From Bdellovibrionales bacterium (GTDB lineage: Bacteria > Bdellovibrionota > Bdellovibrionia > Bdellovibrionales > UBA1609), in assembly GCA_965199825.1 (NCBI GenBank), contig OZ241329.1:1568001-1632000 (forward strand): a stretch of DNA of 64,000 bases. The letters are read 5' to 3'. The notes beneath the pieces were generated by a model. The model searched no databases and was not told the DNA's origin. It saw nothing but the letters and a program-made list of their open reading frames with translations. Position numbers and translations under genes: made by a program. Shown here one piece after another: positions 19,170 to 29,449 of the stretch. The first letter of the stretch is position 1. Every line of letters begins with the position of its first letter.

Positions 19170-21403
19170 TTATCAAATGGACTGTCGTTCGCCCGCATAA
19201 TCAAATTCACACCTGGTGATTCGCTCTCAGGCAAAACATCAAAATACTTTTGCAGATCTTCCGATGTGAGATGGCGGGTGGTCACGGTTGTGGGCCAAGC
19301 AAAATCCTCATCGCCATTCCCATAATCGGCCGATTTCATATACTTCACCCATAAGGGCAAAGCACTACTGGCCCCAGTCATTCCGGTGGTGAGGTTTTGA
19401 TCATACCCCACCCACACAAGGGTAAGGATATTTGGGGTCATTCCCACAAACCACGAATCTTTTAGATCAGAAGTTGTTCCCGTTTTTCCTGCAGCCAAGC
19501 CCTCAAAGCCCATCAGACGCGCAGCCTTTGCGGTGCCTGAAACAAAAGTGTTTTTCATCATCCCTAAAAGAAGCGCGCTGTTTTCGGCGGTAAAAACTTG
19601 CTCAGGAGTTTGAGTGTATTCAAAAAGGGTTTGGCCATTTAAATTTTCGGCTTTGATCACCAGTGCAGGCTCAATATGATTTCCGAGTCGGGCGAGGGTC
19701 ATGTAACTGGTGGCCAGTTCAATTGGGCGCAGCTCAAAGGCGCCAAGCGTGAGCGAAGGTAGAGGCTCAAGCGTTGAGGTGATGCCTGCGCGCTTTGCGA
19801 CCTCCACAATGTTTTTTAATCCAGCTTCGATCCCAATTTTGGCGGTGGGAACATTTAACGATTCTTTAAGTGCATAGTAGGCTGGAAGCTTACCCCGAAA
19901 TATTTTATCATAATTTCTTGGCGACCAAGTTTGGCCCTCATATTTATGGGTCAAGGGCTCATCCACCACGGTGGTTAAGGGATTAAAATTTAACGTAGAT
20001 TCCAGTGCGGTGAGGTAAACAAAAGGCTTCATCGTTGAGCCCACTTGGCGGCGACTTTCAAAAATTCGATTGAGTTGGGTTTTACGATAATCTCTTCCGC
20101 CCACGAGTGAAAGAATATGGCCCGAATGAAGATCAATACTCACCAAAGCCGCTTCGAGCAGATGACCTTTTGATCTTAAAATTTTGAGATCAGCCCGAGT
20201 GTTTTCGAGATGATCCATTTCATTTCTTAAAAGATGTTGGGCAATGGCTTGGGCATGATTGTCGATGCCAGTTAAAACTCGAAGGCCCTGATCTTTTGGC
20301 AAATCTGCGAGTTGGCGATTAATTTCTCTGACCACGTAAGGGGCGGGTTCACTCATTTGCTGGCCGGGTTTAAGTGGTAATTTTTGTTTTGCAGCTTCGA
20401 TCATTTCGTCTTGCGAAATCATGTTGAGCTTTTGCATGCGCTCAAGCACAATTTTTCGACGTTGAAGAGCTTGGTCAGGATGAATAAAGGGATTAAACCG
20501 TCCTGGCGAATTGATCAATGCGGCAAGCATCGAGCACTCTGAGAGTTCAAGCTCATCTATATTTTTATTAAAATAATGGCGGCTTGCCGCTCCGAAACCG
20601 CGCAGTTCGAAAGCACCGTTCTGACCCATATAAATTTCGTTGAGGTAACTTTGGAGAATCTGATCTTTATCCGCCTTTGTCTCAAGTAAGATTGCCATCA
20701 CTTGTTCGCTCAATTTTCGCGACAAAGTTTTTTTGTGAGTTAAAAACGCATTTTTTACCAACTGCTGAGTGATGGTCGATCCGCCCTCGGCAAAGCGACC
20801 ATGAAGAACATTGCGTAAGACCGCTCGCGCCGTGCCCGAAAAGCTGACCCCTTTGTGCTCCAAAAAATCACTATCTTCGATAGCCGTGACAGCTTGGAGG
20901 CACGACAAAGGAACTCGACCGAGCGCCAAAATGTCTCTTAAAATCAGTTGGTCACCAAAAAACTGGGCAAACAGTTCAGGCTCGAGTTCAAATTTTTCGG
21001 CCTCAGGCGTGATCGTTGTGAGAGTGTTTTGGTTATCAAAAGACAAGGTCATTTTTTGTTCGGTAATTTGAAATGGACCACTTTTTCTAAACACACTCAC
21101 ACAGTTTTGGTTTTCCCCACAGGGCTCTGCTTGAAAATCGCCTGGCAGCAAGCGTTGACTTGAGTTTCGCTCGATATAGCCTCTATCCAACAAAACTTGT
21201 TTAAAGGCATCAGCACCGAGTTTTTGATTTTTTAAAAACACCTTTCCTATCGAAAAATATTCGATCGGTGGCGCGAACCAACCCTTTTCTAGTCGTTGAG
21301 CGACCAGAGTGTTCAGTTGGCTGATCCAAAAAATCATCCATATGATCAAGCCGAGTGTAACGAGCGAAATTGAAACCAAAATTCTTTTTAAGCGAACCGA
21401 CAT
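19166..21403 (-). CDS. mrcB: Bifunctional transglycosylase/transpeptidase, PBP1B type
   Basis: N-terminal TM, UB2H-like region, AIEDSDF, GGSTITQQLVKN, QVGSTMKPF, SLN, GKTGT; start moved to ATG 21403. Confidence 0.93.
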   Translation of the reverse strand: MSVRLKRILVSISLVTLGLIIWMIFWISQLNTLVAQRLEKGWFAPPIEYFSIGKVFLKNQKLGADAFKQVLLDRGYIERNSSQRLLPGDFQAEPCGENQNCVSVFRKSGPFQITEQKMTLSFDNQNTLTTITPEAEKFELEPELFAQFFGDQLILRDILALGRVPLSCLQAVTAIEDSDFLEHKGVSFSGTARAVLRNVLHGRFAEGGSTITQQLVKNAFLTHKKTLSRKLSEQVMAILLETKADKDQILQSYLNEIYMGQNGAFELRGFGAASRHYFNKNIDELELSECSMLAALINSPGRFNPFIHPDQALQRRKIVLERMQKLNMISQDEMIEAAKQKLPLKPGQQMSEPAPYVVREINRQLADLPKDQGLRVLTGIDNHAQAIAQHLLRNEMDHLENTRADLKILRSKGHLLEAALVSIDLHSGHILSLVGGRDYRKTQLNRIFESRRQVGSTMKPFVYLTALESTLNFNPLTTVVDEPLTHKYEGQTWSPRNYDKIFRGKLPAYYALKESLNVPTAKIGIEAGLKNIVEVAKRAGITSTLEPLPSLTLGAFELRPIELATSYMTLARLGNHIEPALVIKAENLNGQTLFEYTQTPEQVFTAENSALLLGMMKNTFVSGTAKAARLMGFEGLAAGKTGTTSDLKDSWFVGMTPNILTLVWVGYDQNLTTGMTGASSALPLWVKYMKSADYGNGDEDFAWPTTVTTRHLTSEDLQKYFDVLPESESPGVNLIMRANDSPFDN

Positions 21404-21478
21404 GCGAAGGATTACAGAAGAGACGCACACAGAAGTCAAAAAAAATGTCGACACTGCGTGACTGATCCGAGACGCCAA

Positions 21479-21507
21479 TTGACAACCGTTTTGATCTTCC
21501 CTTTAGT
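21479..21507 (+). promoter_or_regulatory. Sigma-70-type promoter, probably leaderless
   Basis: TTGACA-17-TTTAGT, then 6 nt to ATG 21514; no Shine-Dalgarno sequence. Confidence 0.6.
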
Positions 21508-21513
21508 CGTGCC

Positions 21514-21792
21514 ATGCGACTGACTGAAAAACAAATGCAACGTCTCGTAAAAATGGTTTTCAACGAACTCAAAGATCACAAGATTGTCGAATTCAAAGTT
21601 AAAGAAGAAAAGGCAATCGAGCGCGCAATCCAAGCGCTCAAAAAAGATTATGAGCGCGAGCAACTGCTCGATCGCGATGTCGAAAAGATGATGGATGATC
21701 TTGAACGCAAAAACCCTGGTGAATTTCAACGCTACAAAATGTTTCCGCTCTTAAAAAGACGGCTAGCTAAAGAAAAGGGAATAATCCTGTGA
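21514..21792 (+). CDS. DUF507-family protein
   Basis: MRLTEKQ...LDRDVEKM...MFPLLKRRLAKEKGIIL. Confidence 0.85.
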   Translation: MRLTEKQMQRLVKMVFNELKDHKIVEFKVKEEKAIERAIQALKKDYEREQLLDRDVEKMMDDLERKNPGEFQRYKMFPLLKRRLAKEKGIIL

Positions 21793-22061
21793 TTCTTTCT
21801 GACGAGCGACAGACCCATTTTGCCCATCTTATCATCGATAGCATTTGGAACGACGACCTAGTCGATTACACCGACGATGATGAGGCCTTAAGGGCCGCCA
21901 AGCGCTCGATCGGGAAGTTTGTCAAAGAGGGCGAGGACATTGACAAAAAAGCGCGCGAAAAGATAGCTTCGCTCAAACGTGGCGTTATTGAAGGAAGTCC
22001 TGAATGGGACGTCATGTTCGCAAAATATTTTGATGAGGAGATGAGTAAACGTGGCAACTAA
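21789..22061 (+). CDS. DUF507-family protein (second paralog)
   Basis: LSDERQTHFAH...AREKIASLKRGVIEGSPEWDVMFAKYFDEEM; overlaps the first gene. Confidence 0.85.
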   Translation: MILSDERQTHFAHLIIDSIWNDDLVDYTDDDEALRAAKRSIGKFVKEGEDIDKKAREKIASLKRGVIEGSPEWDVMFAKYFDEEMSKRGN

Positions 22062-22506
22062 AAAAAAGGCTGCTGGTAAAGCAAAAACCGCGGCCAAACC
22101 TGTGGCGAAGAAATCAGCTGTAAGCCAAAAACCAGCTGCAGGTAAAAAACCCGCAAATAAAAAAGTCGAAAAAAGTAGATCAGCCCAGCCCCCAAATTCG
22201 AGCAAAGCTAAAAAGTCTAAAGCATCGGCTTCGATCACGCCGCTCGACAACCGTGTTGTGGTTCGCCAAAAAGAAGAGAACACAACGTCTGGTGGTTTAA
22301 TTCTAACCACCACCGAAAAACCAACACGTGGAACTGTTCTTGCGATCGGCCGTGGCAAACAAGACAAAAAAGGCCACGTCCATCCTATGGATGTGCAGAT
22401 TGGTGATGAAGTTGTTTTCACCGCATTTAGTGGATCCAATATCGAATGGATGGGCGAGAAAGTTTTGATCCTTCGTGAAGATGAAATCTTAGGCGTAATC
22501 GGATGA
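22051..22506 (+). CDS. groES: Co-chaperonin GroES with a Lys/Ala-rich N-terminal extension
   Basis: ITPLDNRVVV, TTSGGLIL, GTVLAIGRG, VQIGDEVVF, ILREDEILGVI. Confidence 0.92.
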   Translation: MATKKKAAGKAKTAAKPVAKKSAVSQKPAAGKKPANKKVEKSRSAQPPNSSKAKKSKASASITPLDNRVVVRQKEENTTSGGLILTTTEKPTRGTVLAIGRGKQDKKGHVHPMDVQIGDEVVFTAFSGSNIEWMGEKVLILREDEILGVIG

Positions 22507-23927
22507 GACTGATTATCCTAATAGCTCTGTATAGCGCTTCTTCTTTCGCGGTTGATTTGGACTGGTCAGGGACTTATCGAGTTGAAGCCAATATGATTCG
22601 CAACACGCGACTCGGAGGCGGCGGTGATAAAGAATTTTTTCTTCATCATCTGATTTTAAAACCAAAAATTATCGCAAGCGATGGCCTGACCATCTACGGA
22701 CGTTTGGATTTGCTGAACGCAAATGCACCGTTTGACAATTCGCAATTGGGTCAGTCCTTTGGCAGTGGCATCGGGACTTCAACACCCACAAGTGCCGACA
22801 ACTCAAATGTTTTGAGCCACAGGCAGAAGAGTGATCCGGTTCAGGTCACTCAACTTTATCTTAACTATATTCATGAATATGGCTCACTGATTGTGGGACG
22901 GGCACCTCTCCATTTTGGTTTGGGCATGACCTACAATGCGGGCGAAGGCCTCTTTGATCATTGGCTTGAGACCAGAGACTTGGTTGCCTATAAGGTCGTC
23001 TTCGGAAATATTTCGCTCACGCCGATGTTGGCGCGTGTTTATCAAGGGTCGTACGCCGGCAATCGCAATATTACCGACTATATGATTGAAGCTCGTTATG
23101 ACAATCCAGAAACAAATTCTGAGATGGGCGTGCTCTATTCGGTTCGTCAAGCCGGCGGCTCGGTCAACGATGCGCCCTTAGGAACGGATCCCAATGGAGT
23201 TTTCGGCGGGGCTGCACCGGTTCAGGCCAACGACAACTTTAGTCAGCAGACTTTAAATATTTTTGTTCTGAAAGATGTGAGCCAATTTCGTTTAGGATTT
23301 GAGGGTTCCTTTTTGTCGGGTTCAAATGGTGTTCACGATAGCTCAGGCAATTCCGGATCATTTAATGCTTACGGTGTGGCAATTGAAGGCGAGTGGCGCC
23401 CCGAAAATTCCAAATGGCGACCAGGCGCAAAAATTGGATTTGCCACCGGTGACAATCCCGACACCACCGATCGATTTGAGGGTTATGCGTTCAATCGCAA
23501 TTATGATGTAGCGATGCTTTTATTTAATTATCCTTTGGGCAAAGCCGATTTTTTACGGACCGCAGCTGCAGGGGGTGGACCAAACATTCCAGGTCGCGAA
23601 CCCAGTGACACTCTCGATACCGAATCGATCAGCAATGTTTTTTATTTAGCTCCCTATGCTGATTATCATTTGAGTGATCGTTTTAGTCTTCATGGTGTTT
23701 TGGCCACGGGTTATTTGGTGCAAAATCCATTGGCAGGTGTCACCACCAAAAAAGATCTTGGATATGAACTGGATGTCGCGCTTAATTATAAAATAAAGGC
23801 GAATGTGAGCTGGGCGACAACGCTTGGTGTGATGTTGCCGGGTGGAGCATTTAAGGGTGATCCTTCAAATAGTTTTCAAACCAGTTTTGCTTATGGTCTA
23901 CAAACGCGGGCTGCCGTTCGCTTCTAA
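22503..23927 (+). CDS. Large outer-membrane beta-barrel (porin/alginate-export-like)
   Basis: Signal peptide, VGRAPLHFGLG, GFATGD, DLGYELDV, terminal AAVRF. Confidence 0.8.
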   Translation: MRLIILIALYSASSFAVDLDWSGTYRVEANMIRNTRLGGGGDKEFFLHHLILKPKIIASDGLTIYGRLDLLNANAPFDNSQLGQSFGSGIGTSTPTSADNSNVLSHRQKSDPVQVTQLYLNYIHEYGSLIVGRAPLHFGLGMTYNAGEGLFDHWLETRDLVAYKVVFGNISLTPMLARVYQGSYAGNRNITDYMIEARYDNPETNSEMGVLYSVRQAGGSVNDAPLGTDPNGVFGGAAPVQANDNFSQQTLNIFVLKDVSQFRLGFEGSFLSGSNGVHDSSGNSGSFNAYGVAIEGEWRPENSKWRPGAKIGFATGDNPDTTDRFEGYAFNRNYDVAMLLFNYPLGKADFLRTAAAGGGPNIPGREPSDTLDTESISNVFYLAPYADYHLSDRFSLHGVLATGYLVQNPLAGVTTKKDLGYELDVALNYKIKANVSWATTLGVMLPGGAFKGDPSNSFQTSFAYGLQTRAAVRF

Positions 23928-24003
23928 GATTGCATCTCGAAAAACATCTCGATTTTACATCTTTGTACACAACACGAATTCAATTGGTTAGCGGCAGTTG
24001 CAG

Positions 24004-24032
24004 ACCCAGGGGGAAACCCCTGGGTTTTTTTT
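24004..24032 (+). terminator. Rho-independent terminator
   Basis: ACCCAGGGG-GAAA-CCCCTGGGT followed by a T tract. Confidence 0.9.
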
Positions 24033-24447
24033 AACTAGGACCACTTTCAAAGCCGATGGCGTTGAGCCACTCTTGGGTGGGCGCGATCAACTTTCTTGCT
24101 TTGAGATCAAAAAGACCCACGGTCAAATCCATCTCACAGCAGCTCTGCTTTTTTTGATCTTCGATCCATTGTCGCATTTTACCGATTTTACCGGTGTAGG
24201 TCAGCATCTGTGTATAAACTGATACTGTTTGACGCAAACGAAGCTCTTTTAAAAATTTGAGCTGGAGTTCTAAAAGAATGGGCCCCACTTGTGTGCGATG
24301 AATCTCGGGAAGGCTAAACCCAAAATCTTTGATCGCCTCCCAGCGGGCTTCCTCAAAAATTTCAAGATACTTGGCATTGTTGACGTGCCCAAATGTATCA
24401 AGATGAGATTCGCGAATGAGGAGCTCGTAGCATGTGGTTCGATTCAT
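24031..24447 (-). CDS. Acyl-CoA thioesterase (YbgC/4HBT hot-dog fold)
   Basis: HLDTFGHVNNAKYLEIFEEAR motif; start moved to ATG 24447. Confidence 0.92.
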   Translation of the reverse strand: MNRTTCYELLIRESHLDTFGHVNNAKYLEIFEEARWEAIKDFGFSLPEIHRTQVGPILLELQLKFLKELRLRQTVSVYTQMLTYTGKIGKMRQWIEDQKKQSCCEMDLTVGLFDLKARKLIAPTQEWLNAIGFESGPS

Positions 24448-24686
24448 AGGTCTATTGTGACAAGGAGTTGAACTCAAAGACAAGCGCATTTGGTCACAGT
24501 TTGTCGATCGACCTTAAGTCCCCAAATCTCCTTATGAAATTGAATACAGAACAACACACTCCGTTTAAAATCGACAGGTGTCGAACTTTGATGCGCCCTC
24601 AGGATTGATAGAAATCAATTACTTAACTCATGAAACAAGTTGGCCCGAAGCTTGGAATACAAAGGGGTAAGAGAGAGGTTTTATTT

Positions 24687-25880
24687 ATGAGAAAATCAAA
24701 TGTTTATGTCTTGTTGTTGTTGTGCACTATGGGCTTTGACTTTATTACCACTCACCAGTCGGTAAATAAGATGAGTTTATCAAGCACTGCCGATGACTCC
24801 AATGACTTAAGCGGCTGCGTAGGGCAAGTCAGTTGCCGAGTCAGCTATGATGTGAAGTCAAATAAATCCAAACTCACCGTCGACTATAGTATTAGTTTTG
24901 TTGAAGGTAAGGCGCAGGTCTCACCTTTTGCTCAACTTACAGGTGATACAAATAAGACAAGCGAAGCCACCATCCAAGTCTTAGTTGCAGGATGCGAAAC
25001 TTGTGCAAGACAGTTTGCGAAATCGACTCCCCAAGCCCAAATGCTCCAAGCCATTGGACCCGCGATTAAAAAGAATGCCGAAAAACGAGTGGAGCAACAA
25101 GAGCAAGCTCGCCTTGATGAAGAAAAACGAAAATTAAATGCAAAAGCTTTTGAGCGATGTGAAAAAAGCGAAAACGGTGAAGCCTTTGATCATTCTGAGC
25201 GTTTGAGCTGTATGAATGATCGCATGTCCGACATGAACGAAAAAGAACAAAAGAAATACTACGCAGACACGGTACTGCCATTTATGAATAAGCTTCTAGG
25301 TTCGCAATCCGAATCCGATCGCACCGCTGTTAAAGATATGCTCGAGAATTTTAATGTAGCAGACCAAGGTATCAATGAGTCGCTCAATGTTCTTCGCCAT
25401 GCCACACAAGTTCAAGAAGCAATCACTTTGTATGCTCGCCGATTTGGAACAAACACCAACACAGCACAAGGCCAACTTGCAGCAATGCAATTGCAAAACG
25501 GAATTTCTCAAGATCCCAATTTTTACAATGTGAGAACTCAGCTCGGTCAGCAAACAGCCTCATACTGGCAAGCTGAATCGTTAAACGAGATTCAAGTGGC
25601 TAAAGCTAAACCCACAATGTTTGGTGCAGCAGCTCCAACCAATATCGAAAATCAAATTTCGCAACTCTCGGATCAGATTCGCCAGAATGATGTAAAGAGC
25701 TTTCAACAAACTCTTCCTTATGGTGCACAACGTGTGTTGCCAAATGGACGCCGCGACTACAGTGTTCCGGTGCCTGCAGCAAACCTTGCCAATCAGAGTA
25801 ATTCTGTGTTGACCAACTCTTGCCTCACTCGCGGAATCTCATTTGATCAAACCACTCAGTGCGGTTCGAATACTCTTTAA
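24687..25880 (+). CDS. Hypothetical secreted Cys-containing protein
   Basis: GAGAGG RBS, hydrophobic N-terminus, CETC motif, coiled-coil segment; imperfect sigma-54-like TGGCCC-N5-TTGGA at 24641. Confidence 0.75.
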   Translation: MRKSNVYVLLLLCTMGFDFITTHQSVNKMSLSSTADDSNDLSGCVGQVSCRVSYDVKSNKSKLTVDYSISFVEGKAQVSPFAQLTGDTNKTSEATIQVLVAGCETCARQFAKSTPQAQMLQAIGPAIKKNAEKRVEQQEQARLDEEKRKLNAKAFERCEKSENGEAFDHSERLSCMNDRMSDMNEKEQKKYYADTVLPFMNKLLGSQSESDRTAVKDMLENFNVADQGINESLNVLRHATQVQEAITLYARRFGTNTNTAQGQLAAMQLQNGISQDPNFYNVRTQLGQQTASYWQAESLNEIQVAKAKPTMFGAAAPTNIENQISQLSDQIRQNDVKSFQQTLPYGAQRVLPNGRRDYSVPVPAANLANQSNSVLTNSCLTRGISFDQTTQCGSNTL

Positions 25881-25890
25881 GATTAAATTT

Positions 25891-25918
25891 GCCAGCCCTT
25901 TCAAGCGGCTGGCTTTTT
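25891..25918 (+). terminator. Rho-independent terminator between convergent genes
   Basis: GCCAGCC...GGCTGGC followed by TTTTT. Confidence 0.8.
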
Positions 25919-25921
25919 GTT

Positions 25922-28174
25922 TTAGACGCGCTCAAGCCGCGCATACTTCACGATAAATTTCTTAGCCGTATTGTCAGCAAAAACAACGCTGACTTTTTGT
26001 GATTCTCCCTCACCCTCAACCTGATAAATTGAACCAATCCCAAACGTAGGATGACGAACTCTTTGGCCATTGGCAAAGGCGCCTGGCTGTTGATCAAAAT
26101 CTTCGTAGTCGGGCATCTGTGACACCATCTCATCAGCATCGCGACGCTTATTGCGAGTAGAGAGAGGTCGCTCTTCAAAAGCGCGTTGAGAATAACCCAT
26201 GCGATCAAGAATTTTGGGGCGACGGATTGCGCTTTCGGCGTGAATCAATTCAAGCGGAAGTTCTTTTAAAAATCGACTTGGTGGATTGGCTTGCTCTTGC
26301 CCCCAAACCTTTCGGGTGCGTGCATGAGTCAAAAACAAAAGTTTCCTTGCGCGAGTCATGCCCACATAGGCAAGCCTTCGTTCTTCTTCGACCTCATCGG
26401 GATCATTGTCGCGGCTTGAGGGAAATAACCCATCTTCAAGTCCGACGATAAACACAATCGGATATTCCAAACCCTTTGAAATATGAAGAGTCATCAAGGT
26501 GACATAAGGCGCATCGTTTTTGATTTCGTCAGCACCACTGACCAGAGACATCTCTTCTAAAAATGCCGGCAATGTCGCCTCTTCGCCGCGCTCAAGTTCA
26601 AATTGTTTGATCGCATTGTCTAATTCTTCAAGGTTATCGATACGGGCTAAAGATTCCGGAGTATTTTCTTCTTTGAGTCGAATCGCATATTCGGTGCGGT
26701 CCAAGATCAAATGATAAATTTCTGAAGGTTTAAGGCCTTGCATCTCACTTTTTAAAAGCAGCATAAAATTATGAAAAGCGATTAACTTTTTGGCTACACC
26801 CGAATGCACCAATCGATTTTCTGCGGTAAAAATAATAGATTCAAAAAATGATAATTTTTGTTTATAGGCGGTTTCATCAACCGTTTCGATCGTGGATTTA
26901 CCAATACCGCGAGTAGGCGTATTGATGATGCGCTTTAATGCCATCTCGTCTGTTGGATTCACCAACACCTTGAGATAAGAAACCATATCTTTGATTTCCA
27001 TACGGTCATAAAATCGAGTGCCGCCAACAATTTTATAATTGAGATTTCGGCCCCGAAGTTGATCTTCCAATACCCGCGACTGGGCATTGGTGCGATAAAA
27101 AATGGCGATGTCTTGCAGGTTCCATTCGCCAGAACTTAAGAGCGTATCAATGCGTGAGATCACATAGCGCGCTTCTTCGTATTCGTTCGATTCCTCGCGC
27201 ACCACAATCTTTTCGCCATCTTCATTTTGGGTAAAAAGGGTTTTATCTTTGCGCTGCGAATTGTTGCGAATAATGTGCGAGGCTGCGGTCACGATATTTT
27301 TTGTTGAGCGATAATTTTGTTCGAGCTTGACCACTTCGGCTTCGGGAAAATCTTTTTCAAAATCCAAAATATTTGAGATGTCTGCACCACGCCAAGAGTA
27401 GATCGACTGATCCTCATCGCCGACCACACACAGATTGCGATGTTTTTCGGCAAGCATTTTTACCAAGAGATATTGAATATGATTGGTATCTTGATACTCA
27501 TCCACCATCACATAGCGAAAGTGATCCTGATATTTTTCGAGTATGGCGGGATAGGATTGAAAGAGCTCATAAGTTTTGTAGAGCAAATCACCAAAATCAA
27601 GCGCGTTCGCTTTTTTCATTTCGGCTTCATACAGTTTATAAACCTCAACCCCTTTTTCGTTCATAAAAGTAAACGAACGTTTGGCCACATCGCTGGGTGA
27701 AAGGGCTAAGCGTTTGGCCTCGTTAATCTGTGATTGAAAGGCCTTGGGTGGAAACATTTTGTCGTTGATATTGAGTTGAAGCATCGCCTTTTTGACCATG
27801 CCCAATTGATCGCCATCATCGTAAATTCCAAAAAAAGGTTGGTATTCCAAAAGATGAATATCGGCTCTTAAAATGCGGGCACAGATCGAGTGGAAAGTAC
27901 TGATCCACAGTTTTTCGTAGATAGGAATTCCAAGACTGTTTAAGAGTTTAACAATCCGATGTTCCATTTCGCGAGCGGCTTTGTTGGTAAAGGTGACCGC
28001 TAAAATTTCTGAAGGAGCCGCATCGCCACTTGCGATCAATTGAGCCACTCGGTGGGTGAGCACTCTCGTCTTGCCTGAGCCTGCACCGGCTAAAATTAAC
28101 AGTGGTCCGTTTAGGATTTCGACAGCACGACATTGCTGAGGATTTAAACCTTTGGTAAATATCGACTCTTCCAT
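25922..28174 (-). CDS. pcrA: ATP-dependent DNA helicase PcrA/UvrD
   Basis: AGAGSGKTRVL, TFTNKAAREM, VDEYQDTN, VGDEDQSIYSWRGA, LEQNYRST, EEERRLAYVGMTRA, C-terminal VRHPTFGIG. Confidence 0.97.
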   Translation of the reverse strand: MEESIFTKGLNPQQCRAVEILNGPLLILAGAGSGKTRVLTHRVAQLIASGDAAPSEILAVTFTNKAAREMEHRIVKLLNSLGIPIYEKLWISTFHSICARILRADIHLLEYQPFFGIYDDGDQLGMVKKAMLQLNINDKMFPPKAFQSQINEAKRLALSPSDVAKRSFTFMNEKGVEVYKLYEAEMKKANALDFGDLLYKTYELFQSYPAILEKYQDHFRYVMVDEYQDTNHIQYLLVKMLAEKHRNLCVVGDEDQSIYSWRGADISNILDFEKDFPEAEVVKLEQNYRSTKNIVTAASHIIRNNSQRKDKTLFTQNEDGEKIVVREESNEYEEARYVISRIDTLLSSGEWNLQDIAIFYRTNAQSRVLEDQLRGRNLNYKIVGGTRFYDRMEIKDMVSYLKVLVNPTDEMALKRIINTPTRGIGKSTIETVDETAYKQKLSFFESIIFTAENRLVHSGVAKKLIAFHNFMLLLKSEMQGLKPSEIYHLILDRTEYAIRLKEENTPESLARIDNLEELDNAIKQFELERGEEATLPAFLEEMSLVSGADEIKNDAPYVTLMTLHISKGLEYPIVFIVGLEDGLFPSSRDNDPDEVEEERRLAYVGMTRARKLLFLTHARTRKVWGQEQANPPSRFLKELPLELIHAESAIRRPKILDRMGYSQRAFEERPLSTRNKRRDADEMVSQMPDYEDFDQQPGAFANGQRVRHPTFGIGSIYQVEGEGESQKVSVVFADNTAKKFIVKYARLERV

Positions 28175-28246
28175 GATTTTTGCTTTCCTAAAAAGGCAGA
28201 AAAGTTCTGATATACCACCATAACGCCGAGCACTATCAAGGAATTT

Positions 28247-29449
28247 ATGATTAAGATTTGGCTGACTCTTGGTTTCTTTGCACTCATCGGTTGCACGTCA
28301 ATGAATGACTCCGCCGAAAAGAAATTTATGCTGCCCTTTATAGACAAAGACGGCACCGAAAGTATTCAAGAGGTCACTCTCGATACACTGGTGTCTCCGC
28401 GTTCGCTCGAAGGTTCGGTGGCCACGATTTATTTACGTGGCTCAATCGATAAAACAATCGAGGGCCGCACCGCTGTTCGAGTGACAAAGCAGGGTGACAC
28501 CTGGATTCCACTCGACACCACAAGCGCCCAAGGTCTTGCCCTTTATCACATCATGGAGAATATCTACCGGCGAGAAAAAAGTTGGGGCGTTGCCGACAAA
28601 GTCAGTTGGCCAAGAAAAATCGGAGTCGACTTTCGGGTGGCCAGTAATTTTTCAGAGCGTGCCGAGTACCTCAACAATTCGATTTATATTTCGAGTGCTG
28701 ACTCTGTGGCACATTATCATTCTGATGATGTGGAACATGCCACCACCGCAATCGACGAGTCGGTTGCAAGCCATGAACAATTTCATGGTTATTTCGAAAT
28801 CGAATTTATTAAAAAATGGAAACAGATTTTAGCCAAAGCTCTGCCAGATAAAAACTTTTCAGACAAAATCCTGCTCGATAATTTTTTGGCAAATTATAAT
28901 CTCGATGATTTGAGTTACGCCTTTGGATTGATGTTGTCATGGAACGAGGGCCTCGCCGATTTTTGGGCCTATGCGCATACCGGCTATACAGAATTTGGCA
29001 GTGTCTCTGCGCCTCAACCCCAAAGAGCTTTGAGCACCAATTCCTATGAGCGACTTTATTTTGGTGAAGACACACATATCCGCTTGAGTACATGCGGCGA
29101 AAAAAGCTGCGCCATTCGCCGCTCGCTAAAATATGAGGTTGGAACCAATCTCGGACGCTGGCTTTTTAAGATCGCAAAATTCTGGCCCGGTGGTCGCGAA
29201 GAATTGCCAAAATTCATCGTCAACAAATTGCCCTCGATGGCAAACGCATTTGCAAATAAATATTTATCTTTGTCGAAAGCTCACAGAATGGGCGACGTGG
29301 GCAATGAATGGTTTTTAGAAGAACTTTTTGCTGACGAGTCCGAACTCTCACCCCAAATTTGCGGGGTGATCAAGGAAGCCTTTTACTCTGCCAATGAACA
29401 GCGCGGATTCCAAATCCATTTTGAGGAGCTCTGTCATGCGAGTCGCTAA
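28247..29449 (+). CDS. Lipoprotein with gluzincin-type zinc metallopeptidase motifs
   Basis: Lipobox LIGC; SHEQFH (HExxH) plus downstream NEGLAD (ExxxD). Confidence 0.75.
   Translation: MIKIWLTLGFFALIGCTSMNDSAEKKFMLPFIDKDGTESIQEVTLDTLVSPRSLEGSVATIYLRGSIDKTIEGRTAVRVTKQGDTWIPLDTTSAQGLALYHIMENIYRREKSWGVADKVSWPRKIGVDFRVASNFSERAEYLNNSIYISSADSVAHYHSDDVEHATTAIDESVASHEQFHGYFEIEFIKKWKQILAKALPDKNFSDKILLDNFLANYNLDDLSYAFGLMLSWNEGLADFWAYAHTGYTEFGSVSAPQPQRALSTNSYERLYFGEDTHIRLSTCGEKSCAIRRSLKYEVGTNLGRWLFKIAKFWPGGREELPKFIVNKLPSMANAFANKYLSLSKAHRMGDVGNEWFLEELFADESELSPQICGVIKEAFYSANEQRGFQIHFEELCHASR

Noticed and set aside
21888..22439. 183-aa minus-strand ORF
   Set aside because: It is antisense to DUF507 and groES, which have clear family motifs.
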